Shown here in pieces: positions 1 to 9,735 of a DNA stretch of 64,000 bases (position 1 is the stretch's first letter; each line of letters opens with the position of its first letter). This stretch comes from Escherichia phage DT57C: the sequence record NC_027356.1, one strand, 5' to 3'. The notes below the pieces were generated by a model. It did no database searches and was not told the DNA's origin. It saw nothing but the letters and a program-made list of their open reading frames with translations. Both the position numbers and the translations under genes were made by a program.

Positions 1-8
1 AATAATTA

Positions 9-1835
9 ATGACAGAGAATGAATTAATTGAGAATTGCAAAGGTCTGCTCACTCTAACTGCGGATAAAGACTTACAACATAATAATGCTAATAAGCCTAG
101 TGAGATGTTCCATACTCAAAGAGACTTATTGGCCGGAGAAATCAACAAGTATCTAGTATCGCAGGAATTACCCAAACATCTATTAGACGCCCATAATCTA
201 GGTAAGATACACATTCATGATATGGATTACAGAGCGCAGGGGTACACTAACTGTTGCTTAGTAGACCTTGGTGGCATGCTGAAGAATGGTACTAAAATTG
301 GTAATGCAAATATTGAAACTCCTAAATCCATAACTACTGCGTGTGCAATCACTGCTCAGATTATTGCCCAAGTATCTGGTGCTCAGTATGGTGGCACTTC
401 TATTGATCGTATCGATGAGGTTCTAGCACCATATGTCAGAAAGTCTTACAATAAACACCTGGGTCGTGGTCTACGTTGGCTCAAGGATGAAAGAAAAGCT
501 GCTGTGTACGCTACTGAGCTTACTGAAAAAGAGTGTTATGATGCATTCCAAGCCCTAGAGTATGAAACTAATTCATTATTTAACTCTAACGGACAGACTC
601 CTTTTGTTACGCTTGGCTTTGGGCTAGGACAGGGGTGGGAGGAAAGGATGATTCAGAAAGCCATCCTCCAAAACCGTATTAAAGGTTTAGGTGCTGCTGA
701 GTCAACCCCTATCTTCCCTAAACTAGTATTCTCAGTTAAAGAAGGATTAAATAAAAATCCAGGCGATCCTAACTACGATATAAAACAGCTAGCACTTGAG
801 TGTTCTGCTACCCGTATGTACCCGGACTATTTAAGTTACGAGAAAGTTGTAGCTGTTACTGGTGATTTTAAAGCCCCTATGGGTTGTCGTAGTTTTTTAT
901 CTGCCATCCCCTCTGGAGAAACCGCAGGGCGTAATAATTTAGGTGTTGTGTCTATCAATCTACCTATGGTTGCTGCTGAGGCAGATGGAGTTTTTGAAGA
1001 TTTCTGGGATATTCTAGACAAATATGTGGATGAGGCTTTTGAAGCGCATGACTTCTTCTTAAACAGACTGAAGAAAGTTAAGGCTAAACAAGCCCCTATT
1101 CTTTATATGCACGGTGGTTTTGGTGTGCGTTTAGATGGGGAAGAGTATGTATGGCCTATTTTTGAAGGTAGATCTTCTGTATCTCTTGGGTACATTGGGG
1201 TCTATGAGATGTGCCAAATAATGTTTAGTCTACCACAAACTCATAGGGACTGTATTGAATTTACAGAGGAAGTTCTCACTCACCTAAAAAATCGTTGCGA
1301 AGTTAAAGCTAATGAGACTAATCTTGGGTTTAGCTTGTATGCTACTCCTAGTGAGTCTCTATGTAATCGCTTTAATAAACTACTGGAACGTAGATTCCCA
1401 GAGTATTCTTGGTTAACAGATAAAGGCTATCTTACTAATAGTCACCATTTGGACGTAAGAGAGAAGGTAGCTCCAGATACTAAATTTGAGTATGAAGCTC
1501 ATTTCACCAAAATAGCTAATGGTGGTAATATATCATTTGTGGAACTACCACAAATGAAAAAGTTCCATAAAGCTCTTGAATACGTAGTAGATAAGGGACT
1601 AGAATGTAGCCATTATATTGGTGTTAATATACCGATTGATGAGTGCTTCAACTGTGGGTATATGGGTGAATCTGTTGCCTCTGAACGTGGGTTTGTATGT
1701 CCGAGTTGTGGATCTGAAGAAATAGAGGTTACACGTAGGGTTTGCGGGTACCTGGGGTCCCCGGGCAGTAGGCCTTTCAATTCTGGGAAACAAAAAGAAG
1801 TGCTTGGTAGAGTAAAACACTTAAATCTTAAGTAA
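9..1835 (+). CDS. nrdD: anaerobic ribonucleoside-triphosphate reductase (class III RNR, NrdD)
   Basis: 608 aa; C-terminal glycine-radical motif RVCGYLG; Cys cluster CFNCGYMG...CPSCG; in-frame stop at 3-5 so the ORF starts inside the window. Confidence 0.9.
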   Translation: MTENELIENCKGLLTLTADKDLQHNNANKPSEMFHTQRDLLAGEINKYLVSQELPKHLLDAHNLGKIHIHDMDYRAQGYTNCCLVDLGGMLKNGTKIGNANIETPKSITTACAITAQIIAQVSGAQYGGTSIDRIDEVLAPYVRKSYNKHLGRGLRWLKDERKAAVYATELTEKECYDAFQALEYETNSLFNSNGQTPFVTLGFGLGQGWEERMIQKAILQNRIKGLGAAESTPIFPKLVFSVKEGLNKNPGDPNYDIKQLALECSATRMYPDYLSYEKVVAVTGDFKAPMGCRSFLSAIPSGETAGRNNLGVVSINLPMVAAEADGVFEDFWDILDKYVDEAFEAHDFFLNRLKKVKAKQAPILYMHGGFGVRLDGEEYVWPIFEGRSSVSLGYIGVYEMCQIMFSLPQTHRDCIEFTEEVLTHLKNRCEVKANETNLGFSLYATPSESLCNRFNKLLERRFPEYSWLTDKGYLTNSHHLDVREKVAPDTKFEYEAHFTKIANGGNISFVELPQMKKFHKALEYVVDKGLECSHYIGVNIPIDECFNCGYMGESVASERGFVCPSCGSEEIEVTRRVCGYLGSPGSRPFNSGKQKEVLGRVKHLNLK

Positions 1836-1843
1836 GCTAATCA

Positions 1844-1875
1844 GCCAGGTTGCTAGTCGACCTGGCTTTTATTTT
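1844..1875 (+). terminator. rho-independent terminator after nrdD
   Basis: 7-bp stem AGCCAGG/CCTGGCT followed by a T-run. Confidence 0.6.
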
Positions 1876-1877
1876 AT

Positions 1878-1906
1878 TTGCTTTCAGCCAAAAATTTATA
1901 TATAAT
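1878..1906 (+). promoter_or_regulatory. T5-type sigma70 early promoter
   Basis: TTGCTT, 17-bp spacer, TATAAT; AT-rich upstream; conserved downstream AAATTTGAGAGAGGAG. Confidence 0.65.
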
Positions 1907-1934
1907 AGATTTGTAAATTTGAGAGGAGAAAGCT

Positions 1935-2147
1935 ATGAGGATTCATAAGGTAGATAAAGATCGTATCTATTTTGTTATGGACTCCGGAGCATATGGATCT
2001 ATTCTAAGAGAAGATGTTACTAAATTTTGCTTAGTAAATACTTGGATGGATAAGGAGAAGATTGACCCTAGATCAGGCATATGCTTATCGGAACCAGCTC
2101 TTTTAATTGCAAATGCAGAAATTGAATTGTTTGAGGACATAGAATGA
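1935..2147 (+). CDS. hypothetical protein (70 aa)
   Basis: ORF directly downstream of early promoter; ATGA overlap with the next ORF. Confidence 0.4.
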   Translation: MRIHKVDKDRIYFVMDSGAYGSILREDVTKFCLVNTWMDKEKIDPRSGICLSEPALLIANAEIELFEDIE

Positions 2148-2374
2148 AAAACGTAAAACACCTTAAATATCGTTTAATCTATAACGGACGTATGGAAACT
2201 GAAGAGCTAGCTCAATTAGCTATTAACTCTAATGAGGTTATGGTGCGTGCGCTAGCAATTGAAAAGTTGCGGGCTTCTTATGAAAGTCATATTATGGAAC
2301 TAGAGGAGAAACTTTATGGACTTCTCGAAGCCGAAGCTAGAAGCAATCCAGAGGACAGGCCTACTAAGCAATAG
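2144..2374 (+). CDS. hypothetical protein (76 aa)
   Basis: translationally coupled ORF. Confidence 0.4.
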   Translation: MKNVKHLKYRLIYNGRMETEELAQLAINSNEVMVRALAIEKLRASYESHIMELEEKLYGLLEAEARSNPEDRPTKQ

Positions 2375-2427
2375 AAGGTATGTATATGGGGAGTAATTTT
2401 ACCTCAAAACATTATCGAAGGATTTAA

Positions 2428-2700
2428 GTGAGGGATTGTACAGTGTTTTTGACTGGTAATACCAGTCAAGATATGATTATTGTGGTTGGTTGCTCTAACC
2501 AAGTAATTAACTTCTACTGGGAATTATTCCCTGTTCTTAACCGTACTGCTGCGAAACTTATGGTAGTTAACTACTATGATGTATCAGTATCCAACGGTAG
2601 AACTGGAATAAATCTTCAAGATTTAAGAGCTGTTAGCTATATGCTAGAATTTAGTCCAGATCTTGAAATGTGTAAAGCCCTACAACAATTTAAGGTGTAA
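2428..2700 (+). CDS. hypothetical protein (90 aa)
   Basis: ORF in early operon. Confidence 0.4.
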   Translation: MRDCTVFLTGNTSQDMIIVVGCSNQVINFYWELFPVLNRTAAKLMVVNYYDVSVSNGRTGINLQDLRAVSYMLEFSPDLEMCKALQQFKV

Positions 2701-2702
2701 AT

Positions 2703-3131
2703 ATGTTTAATAATGTATTCTCTAAAGAAGCTAACCCAATATTGGTTAATTTTTGGCGTACTCTTCCAGACAACCTGTACAATGAGGCTATTAATGCTCT
2801 GAAAATATGGTGTGAGAATAATGAAATCTCCTTTGCTTTTAAGGGTGAGATTGAAGAAGCTCCCTGTATTGGTTTAATTGTGCAGGTAGAGGATGATCTG
2901 GAAGAGATTGTCGGATGGAAAGAGTTGGATGAAATGGGATTGGTTTTTGCATTAAACTATAAGCTGTTTATGCCTAATAAACACCGTATTGTTGTTAATT
3001 ATAAAACCAGTGAATCTCCGGGCTTTCAAGTTAATGAACATTACGGTTGGTCTTACTCACCGGAAGAAGTAAATGATGGTATCCAAAGACTTCGTCGTTT
3101 TGGTTATCAAATTCCGGGTTTAACCGCCTAA
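2703..3131 (+). CDS. hypothetical protein, tandem paralog 1 (142 aa)
   Basis: shares PC(I/V)G, W.EL.EMGL(V/I).ALN..LF.P and Q(I/V)PGL blocks with the adjacent ORF. Confidence 0.55.
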   Translation: MFNNVFSKEANPILVNFWRTLPDNLYNEAINALKIWCENNEISFAFKGEIEEAPCIGLIVQVEDDLEEIVGWKELDEMGLVFALNYKLFMPNKHRIVVNYKTSESPGFQVNEHYGWSYSPEEVNDGIQRLRRFGYQIPGLTA

Positions 3132-3140
3132 GGGGGCACA

Positions 3141-3533
3141 ATGGAACAAGTATATTGGCGTCAGATTGATCCTAGTTTGGTGAAGCGTGCGGAGAAGCTG
3201 CTACAACGTTGGTTGGGGGTAAGACAAGCCTCCTTCACTTTTCCGGAGCAGCAAATAGACGATCCCTGTGTTGGTGTTTTCCTATCAGGCTACGCTAGGG
3301 AAGTGGAATTGGATTGGAATGAATTGTCTGCTATGGGTTTAATTGTTGCACTAAATTTCTCTTTGTTCCATCCACGTGGCTTGGCCATAAGTCGTGTGCC
3401 TGATGACGGTTGTTCGCCCCATCTTTTACAGGTGGAAGATGATATTTGGGAGTACCCTCCAGATATTCTCAAAGAAGCTAAAGAACAATTAAATCGTGTT
3501 GGGATTTATGTTCTAGGCCTGAATGATGAATGA
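3141..3533 (+). CDS. hypothetical protein, tandem paralog 2 (130 aa)
   Basis: paralog of 2703..3131 (same conserved blocks). Confidence 0.55.
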   Translation: MEQVYWRQIDPSLVKRAEKLLQRWLGVRQASFTFPEQQIDDPCVGVFLSGYAREVELDWNELSAMGLIVALNFSLFHPRGLAISRVPDDGCSPHLLQVEDDIWEYPPDILKEAKEQLNRVGIYVLGLNDE

Positions 3534-3624
3534 TTTTTATTAGCTGAACTCTAATTACCGAGTCATTTTGGCTCGGTTTTCTCTATGTTCAAAGACACTG
3601 GTAGCAGCCCCTGGAAAAATTTAC

Positions 3625-3653
3625 TTGCTTGATGCTCAAAATCTTGATATAAT
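3625..3653 (+). promoter_or_regulatory. T5-type sigma70 early promoter
   Basis: TTGCTT (3625-3630), 17-bp spacer, TATAAT (3648-3653). Confidence 0.6.
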
Positions 3654-3671
3654 ATTTATATTGAATTGAGA

Positions 3672-4249
3672 GACATTAGTAAAAATTGATTTTGCTAATT
3701 TTTCTTAGTGAAGCTGACAAGGGATTTACGGCGAGAGGAATCGATGACCCGTAAATAGCTGCATAAGGTACGTTGCTAGAGCTTTACGAAAAAGTTTTTT
3801 CTTGTTTACAATCCGCGATACGGAACAGTTAGGCTGCCCCATTAAGGGTTGTTTTAACTGTTACGTGTTAGTTTTTAAACAAATAGTTAATAGAATACTT
3901 AGCGATCTACACCCCGTAGGAACCCTGGTAAGGCCTCGAAGCAACCTAGTGTGAGGTGGTTGTGAAGTGAGACGGGAAGAGTGAAAAACTCTGAGAAGTG
4001 ATGACGTAAGGTATACTGCATCTAGTATGAGCTAGTACATGAAGCATTAGGTGAGCAAATCTGGCTTAGCGGCCATCCTCAAGGATTTGTGCGGTATAGT
4101 GAAGCGGCAGTGTAGCGTGAAAGTGGAAGTTGCCACCCCACTTCAGTATTTGCGATTAATTTGTTGAGAAATTGACAGTAACAGTTGTTCTATTCTTTCT
4201 GAATAGTCCTAAAGAAAACTTATTTCATTTCCAACACAGGAGTATTGTT
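3672..4249 (+). other. long ORF-free leader; candidate structured RNA or origin-proximal region
   Basis: about 580 bp between a consensus promoter and the next CDS with no ORF of 60 aa or more in any frame; purine-rich GTGAAG-like repeats. Confidence 0.3.
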
Positions 4250-7039
4250 GTGTTTTCAATCCTACAAGGTCATGCAGGATTTCATCGCGATTTAGCCACA
4301 GGCAATTGGCGAGAAGTTAAAGCAGAAGATTATCTTTTTGCTAAAAGATTTTCCTCAAAGCATCCTGAAGGTAAACCAGCTTCAATGCCCTTCAAGTTTG
4401 ATGTAATTGATGAAGTTGATCCTCAAACCCTAGTAGAAATGCTCCCTCTTATGAGACGTTTAACGTCTGATCCTCATATCGTTGCGGTACGAGGTCGATG
4501 TCTTGCACCTAAAAATAATGTGCGGCGTAAGAAGGGCAACTTTAATGTATCTAATCCTAGTAGTATTATTGCTATGGACGTGGATGGTATTGTAGATACA
4601 GGTGGTTGTAACAAGTTTGATCTTGTTGGCATGGCTCGTCATATTATTAGGATGTTAAATAGTATTAGTGAGGATATGTTTCCTCTTGATGCAGGGTTTA
4701 TTGCTCATGCATCGTCTTCGGCTGGGCTAAAACCAGGTATCCGAATGCACTTAATACTAGAATCTAATGTTAAAGTAACTCAGGGTCAAATCAAGTTCTT
4801 ATTTACATCTATCAACGAAAGTAGTAGACAAAAGTATGGCTTTGATATTGCCGACTTAGCTTATTACTCTTCCGTACAGCTCCATTACTTTGCAGATCCT
4901 TTATTTACCGATGGTATAGTTGATCCGTTTAAAGCGGAGGGTGCTTCACGTCTGGTATTTGTTAAAGGCTCAAAAGTAAATTTACCTAATAATCTAGTTG
5001 ACTATGAAACAACTAGAGGGGAGTTTAAAGAGGAATTCTATTCTTTACTCGACCAAATTAAAGGTAAAAAAGCTGCTTCTGATAAAGTAGAGGAAACTAT
5101 CAGTGAGCTAGAAGAGGCTGATGATGGGGTATACTTACGTATTATTCCAAAGCTATATCACCGAGCGTTAGAGGATGGGGTAGATTTTGGTTGGCTAGAA
5201 AAAGAAATCCGCCCAGCTTTATCAGAATATATTGCAACTAAAGATAATAGCCGTAATATTCAAGACTACTTTAACAACGGTCGAAAACAGGCTCTGAAAG
5301 CATTTGTTAATAATTCTAAACGTGATATACCCGATGTTTTAAAAGGTATTCCGCTTAAAAAGCTAGAAACTAATTCACTAGAGACCGACAACTTCTTGAA
5401 ATTAAATACTGTACCACCAGAAGGCTATATGACTTTTGTAAAAGCAAGTCTAGGTACAGGTAAAACCACGGCTGTTGTGCGTTGGTTAGATTCAGGAGTT
5501 ATTAAAGGTAATTTCTTAGCAATTACCAACACTAGAGCACTGGTATCTTCAAATGCTAAGAAATTTAGTGCAGGACAATACGATAAGTCTGTAGATATGC
5601 TTAATTTTAAGCGTGGTGCTATTGACCGTATGTCCACAACCATTCACTCTTTGCATAAGTTTAAGAGTTTTATTGGTCAAATTGATGCAATCTTTATAGA
5701 CGAATGTGATGCAGTAATGAATGACCTATTATTCGCCCCCGTTGTTAAACAACGTCGTGAGTGTATTCAGGTTCTTCGTGATATTCTTGCAACTGCAAAA
5801 ATCATTATACTATCCGATGGTGACATTAGTTCTGAGACGATTGAAGCATATGGTTCTTTGATTGAGTTCGATAAACCAGTTGCATTCTATAATCACCACC
5901 GTAAAATGCTGTCAAAAGCTCATGCTTATGAGTTCCCTGATGAGTCCAGTATTTGGGTTGCACTTCAGACCTCTCTAGAGATGGGTGAGAAATCTATTCT
6001 AGTATCTGATTGTGGCCCAGATGAGCTGAATGAGAAGGGTATGGCACTACGTCGTAATACTGGTGCATTAGTTAAAGAAATCCATTCAAACTCCACTTCA
6101 GATGTGGATATTCGACGTATTCTGGATTATACAACTAATGAGCTAATTGATCAACAAATTGATTGCTTATTATGTAGTCCATCCGTAACGAGTGGAGTTG
6201 ACTTTAACTATTTTGATAACGTATTTGTTATTACTAGAACCAGTAATCAGGCGCCAAACATGCGTTTCCAAGCAATCAGGCGCGACCGTGGTGCTCAGAA
6301 TATCTATTATTTTATTGATAAATCCACTAGTGGATTCTCTGCAGGTTCTGAACAATATAATATTGATGAAGGTTGGCTGGAGTTAGCGCAGCAATTATAT
6401 GCACGTCGCAGGGAGCTGGAATCTAGAAACTATACTAGTACTTTACGTTATTACTTGCTTGATCAAGGTGCAACTATTGATATTTTCAGTGAAAGCTGGG
6501 GAACTATTGAAGGTGCTGGTAAAGAATACACAGAAGAGCGAATCAAAGCTATTCTGCACTCAACTCCTGATTATTGTGCTCCACGTCATGCGGATGCGTA
6601 TGAGGCTAAACTACTTATTGTTCGCTATTATCATCTTGAGTCTATTAAAGATGTAACAGTTGAGCATGTTGAACAATATATCAAAGATAAGCCGAATGAT
6701 CGAGCTGCATTCTTCCATAAGATGCACGAGATGTTCTGGGAAGATATTAAGAAGTGTTCAAATGTGACCATTAAACCATTCATAGAAGCTCTGAAAGGTA
6801 AGAAGAAAGATTTCTTCCTTAAAACGGGTCAGAGTGCTAACCCAAAATATGCTAGAATGTATCTTGGTATGATGGGTATTGGTAAAGATATGAACACGGA
6901 GAATATCGTAGACTGGTACAGAACCTATTGTAAAATCGAGTGTATGCCAATTCCTTTCAAATTTATGACAGAGGAAGAGAAGGCTATGGCAGAAGAAGCA
7001 ATGTCAGAGCTAGGTGCTAGAAATGACAGTGAAGAATAA
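4250..7039 (+). CDS. putative replication origin-binding protein / SF2-type helicase (P-loop NTPase)
   Basis: Walker A GTGKTT, Walker B FIDECD, motif VI-like QAIRRDRG; probable GTG start at 4250 with GGAG 7 nt upstream (track ORF opens at 4172). Confidence 0.65.
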   Translation: MFSILQGHAGFHRDLATGNWREVKAEDYLFAKRFSSKHPEGKPASMPFKFDVIDEVDPQTLVEMLPLMRRLTSDPHIVAVRGRCLAPKNNVRRKKGNFNVSNPSSIIAMDVDGIVDTGGCNKFDLVGMARHIIRMLNSISEDMFPLDAGFIAHASSSAGLKPGIRMHLILESNVKVTQGQIKFLFTSINESSRQKYGFDIADLAYYSSVQLHYFADPLFTDGIVDPFKAEGASRLVFVKGSKVNLPNNLVDYETTRGEFKEEFYSLLDQIKGKKAASDKVEETISELEEADDGVYLRIIPKLYHRALEDGVDFGWLEKEIRPALSEYIATKDNSRNIQDYFNNGRKQALKAFVNNSKRDIPDVLKGIPLKKLETNSLETDNFLKLNTVPPEGYMTFVKASLGTGKTTAVVRWLDSGVIKGNFLAITNTRALVSSNAKKFSAGQYDKSVDMLNFKRGAIDRMSTTIHSLHKFKSFIGQIDAIFIDECDAVMNDLLFAPVVKQRRECIQVLRDILATAKIIILSDGDISSETIEAYGSLIEFDKPVAFYNHHRKMLSKAHAYEFPDESSIWVALQTSLEMGEKSILVSDCGPDELNEKGMALRRNTGALVKEIHSNSTSDVDIRRILDYTTNELIDQQIDCLLCSPSVTSGVDFNYFDNVFVITRTSNQAPNMRFQAIRRDRGAQNIYYFIDKSTSGFSAGSEQYNIDEGWLELAQQLYARRRELESRNYTSTLRYYLLDQGATIDIFSESWGTIEGAGKEYTEERIKAILHSTPDYCAPRHADAYEAKLLIVRYYHLESIKDVTVEHVEQYIKDKPNDRAAFFHKMHEMFWEDIKKCSNVTIKPFIEALKGKKKDFFLKTGQSANPKYARMYLGMMGIGKDMNTENIVDWYRTYCKIECMPIPFKFMTEEEKAMAEEAMSELGARNDSEE

Positions 7040-7256
7040 AAAATGGGAAACAAGGAAGTTTCCAGTAAAAGAACGTAAAGTTCCTGTTTACGATACTTCG
7101 GAAAAGCTATGTAGGGTGGTACCACCTAGATTAGCTGGCATCCCTAACATATCCGAGTGGTTACTTAAACAACGGAGGACTAGCGTATCCCTTCGCATAG
7201 GGTTTGAGTTAGATAAAGTATATGCTGAACTTTCTTCTTTGCTCAAAGAATCATAA
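7014..7256 (+). CDS. hypothetical protein (80 aa)
   Basis: ORF overlapping the 3' end of the preceding gene. Confidence 0.3.
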   Translation: MLEMTVKNKKWETRKFPVKERKVPVYDTSEKLCRVVPPRLAGIPNISEWLLKQRRTSVSLRIGFELDKVYAELSSLLKES

Positions 7257-7265
7257 AAAATTTAT

Positions 7266-7294
7266 TTGCTTTCAGGAAAATTTTTCTGTATAAT
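7266..7294 (+). promoter_or_regulatory. T5-type sigma70 early promoter
   Basis: TTGCTT, 17 bp, TATAAT, then ATAAATTTGAGAGAGGAG. Confidence 0.65.
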
Positions 7295-7325
7295 AGATTC
7301 ATAAATTTGAGAGAGGAGTTTAAAT

Positions 7326-8030
7326 ATGGCTGGTTCTCGCAGAAAGAAACATATCCATGAAATCCCGGATGAAGTCTTTAAAAAGGTTATAGAGCATCTG
7401 GAGAACGGTGGTACTAAGAAAGCAGCATGTGAAATGCTCGGCGTATCATCCAATCCGACTATGGAAAGGATGATAGAAGAGTGGCAAGATCGCCAAATTC
7501 AAGTTGCCGAGATGAAGAAAAAGAAACGTGGCACACTCATTGAAGGCATCGAGTTAGCTAACGTTATTGAACAGTATTTATCTGGTGATTCTTTTGAAGA
7601 GATTGCCGATCGTAATTACCGCTCTGTAGCAATGGTTAAATCTGTTCTGGAACGATATGGTGCTCTACTTCGTTTAAACGATATTGTAGACCCGTTGAAT
7701 CCACCAATTATTCCTGATGATGCTGTAGCAGAAGAATTTGAAGTAGGTGAGCTAGTTTGGGTTCCTGGATACCAGTGTATCGGTGAAATCAAAAAAGCAA
7801 TGGATAATCCTGTTGGTTGTTACCGTGTATGGCTTCTATCAGAAGGCAAACAACAGAACGTTCATTATATGAATTACGAGCTGGCTTCTGTTAAACATCT
7901 GGAAAAGCTAGGGGTTGACGTAAAATCTCTGGGGTATAAATGGTCCCGGGAAGAAGTTATCACACTGATTAACGAAGCTGTTAAGGCTGCCTTGAAACTT
8001 GATAAAGAAAAAGGAAAACGCCGTGAGTAA
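7326..8030 (+). CDS. hypothetical protein with N-terminal helix-turn-helix-like segment
   Basis: 234 aa; GTKKAACEMLGVSSNPTMERMI resembles an HTH. Confidence 0.55.
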   Translation: MAGSRRKKHIHEIPDEVFKKVIEHLENGGTKKAACEMLGVSSNPTMERMIEEWQDRQIQVAEMKKKKRGTLIEGIELANVIEQYLSGDSFEEIADRNYRSVAMVKSVLERYGALLRLNDIVDPLNPPIIPDDAVAEEFEVGELVWVPGYQCIGEIKKAMDNPVGCYRVWLLSEGKQQNVHYMNYELASVKHLEKLGVDVKSLGYKWSREEVITLINEAVKAALKLDKEKGKRRE

Positions 8031-8274
8031 ACTAACTGATTTGCTTAAAGATGGGGAAGTAAAAACACTATATCGTAGAAGCTGGGATAACGATAATAAC
8101 GGCTTAGTGTTACTAACTTTAGATGCTGACTCGGATGTAGTTACTCAACATACTTGGGTAGCCGGTAACTATCCATATAGTGAGATTGTTTCATTAACAG
8201 TATGCGAAGCTGTTGCAGACGATTGGGAGATTGCCAGCATTGATGATATGCTCGCTGTTGGCCTGGTGGAGTAA
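8023..8274 (+). CDS. hypothetical protein
   Basis: probable GTG start overlapping the upstream stop; RBS AAGGAAAA; track ORF opens at 7999. Confidence 0.4.
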   Translation: MSKLTDLLKDGEVKTLYRRSWDNDNNGLVLLTLDADSDVVTQHTWVAGNYPYSEIVSLTVCEAVADDWEIASIDDMLAVGLVE

Positions 8275-8291
8275 CTACTTAAAAATTTCAG

Positions 8292-8320
8292 TTGCTTAAT
8301 CCTACAATTCTTGATATAAT
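8292..8320 (+). promoter_or_regulatory. T5-type sigma70 early promoter
   Basis: TTGCTT, 17 bp, TATAAT. Confidence 0.6.
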
Positions 8321-8377
8321 ATTCTCATAGTTTGAAAGAACTATTCTGTTTAATTCTTAATTAAGGAAATATAAAAT

Positions 8378-8788
8378 ATGACTACTCCAACTCAGTGGAC
8401 TGATGAACTGTTCGAAAAAATGTCTTCCGAATACGTTGCTCGTATGGAGCAATTCCCAGAGGATGAACGTCCGAGTGTTAGCATGGAAATTGTTAGTGAA
8501 ATTGCCCAGGAAAATGGTGTAACTCCGAACGGTTTTCGTATGAAGCTGACTAAAGCAGGTTTGTATATTAAGAAAGCTGCTGGCTCTGCTTCTAAATCTA
8601 GTGCATCTACTGGAGAAAAAGCTTCCGGTGGTTCTCGTACCTCCAAAGCCCAGGCTCATGCCGACCTTCGTTCAGCGTTCTCTGATGCTGGCTTAGCACC
8701 AGATTTTCTGGATGATGCAATTATCGACAAACTGACCGGTAAAGCGGCTGCTCATCTGGCAGAAGCAATCCGAGCTATCACTAAGTAA
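8378..8788 (+). CDS. abundant small protein with KL(T/R)K-G module; possible DNA-binding protein
   Basis: 136 aa; host-like high-expression codon usage (ctg, cgt, ggt, gaa); module EIAQENGVTPNGFRMKLTKAG shared with 11674..12441 and 59336..59752. Confidence 0.55.
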   Translation: MTTPTQWTDELFEKMSSEYVARMEQFPEDERPSVSMEIVSEIAQENGVTPNGFRMKLTKAGLYIKKAAGSASKSSASTGEKASGGSRTSKAQAHADLRSAFSDAGLAPDFLDDAIIDKLTGKAAAHLAEAIRAITK

Positions 8789-8802
8789 TAGGGAGATTAT
8801 AC

Positions 8803-9090
8803 ATGAATAAACAAGAAATTATCTCCGCATGTGAAGCCCATAATGAGTTCTACCTTCATTATGAGAAACTACGCCAAAAGGGTACTACATACCTTCAGGG
8901 TACTATGGATTTTTCTGATAAGTACCTAAGTAAACGTTTTGCTCAGGAGCGTATCCGTCAACCAAAAGATGACGAAATTCTAGTGTTTAGTCGCACTAAT
9001 GACAGCTTCCGATTTATTCCTGTTGCGAAAGTTCGTCGCATTACGAGCCTTCAGTCAGAGTTAGATCGTGCTTCTCCAGTAGGCCGATAA
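8803..9090 (+). CDS. hypothetical protein (95 aa)
   Basis: ORF with RBS GGGAGA. Confidence 0.45.
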   Translation: MNKQEIISACEAHNEFYLHYEKLRQKGTTYLQGTMDFSDKYLSKRFAQERIRQPKDDEILVFSRTNDSFRFIPVAKVRRITSLQSELDRASPVGR

Positions 9091-9140
9091 GAAACCAATT
9101 AGCCCCTATATGGGGCTTTTTGTGTATTTGAGAAACGTAA

Positions 9141-9449
9141 ATGAGCGATCAGGTAAACCAAAACTATGAAGGACACGTTGATGATCAGTCAATCCTTCTA
9201 TGGGAAAAAGAAGGGGAACAAGTAAGATTGACAGTATCTGAATTTCGTGGGAATCTATACATGGGAATTAGGTATTGGCTCCAGGATATTACTGGAGAAT
9301 GGTTTCCAACGAAATCCGGCTTCTCTTTTCCGTACACTCTAGAAACTACTTCGCAGCTATTCTATGCTTTTACGCAAATCCTTAGTGAATCTGAGGTTTT
9401 ACATGAAGTACAGAAACGAGCTGAAGAACTCAAAGCCAAGAATGCCTAG
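9141..9449 (+). CDS. hypothetical protein (102 aa)
   Basis: ORF bounded by terminators. Confidence 0.45.
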   Translation: MSDQVNQNYEGHVDDQSILLWEKEGEQVRLTVSEFRGNLYMGIRYWLQDITGEWFPTKSGFSFPYTLETTSQLFYAFTQILSESEVLHEVQKRAEELKAKNA

Positions 9450-9465
9450 TTCTTGGCTTTTTCTT
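9435..9465 (+). terminator. rho-independent terminator
   Basis: stem GCCAAGAA/TTCTTGGC followed by TTTTT. Confidence 0.6.
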
Positions 9466-9476
9466 TATAAATGTAT

Positions 9477-9505
9477 TTGCTTTCAACTCAGTTTTGATAT
9501 ATAAT
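9477..9505 (+). promoter_or_regulatory. T5-type sigma70 early promoter
   Basis: TTGCTT, 17 bp, TATAAT. Confidence 0.65.
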
Positions 9506-9519
9506 ATTTATATAAATTA

Positions 9520-9735
9520 ATGAGAGGATCAATCATGGCAATGACAGTAACACTTCCCAAGATTCAAGCAAAACTTAATCTGCTTTCCACAGCACGCATT
9601 AATTATCAAGATAACATAGGCACAGTAAATCAAAAGGCGTACAAAGATGCGTTTCTGAAAGAATCTGCTGATTTGATGGATATGGTTACACAATATAATA
9701 AAGAACTCAAGATGGAAATCGCCGATGATGAATAA
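9520..9735 (+). CDS. hypothetical protein (71 aa)
   Basis: ORF overlapping the ligase A start. Confidence 0.4.
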   Translation: MRGSIMAMTVTLPKIQAKLNLLSTARINYQDNIGTVNQKAYKDAFLKESADLMDMVTQYNKELKMEIADDE

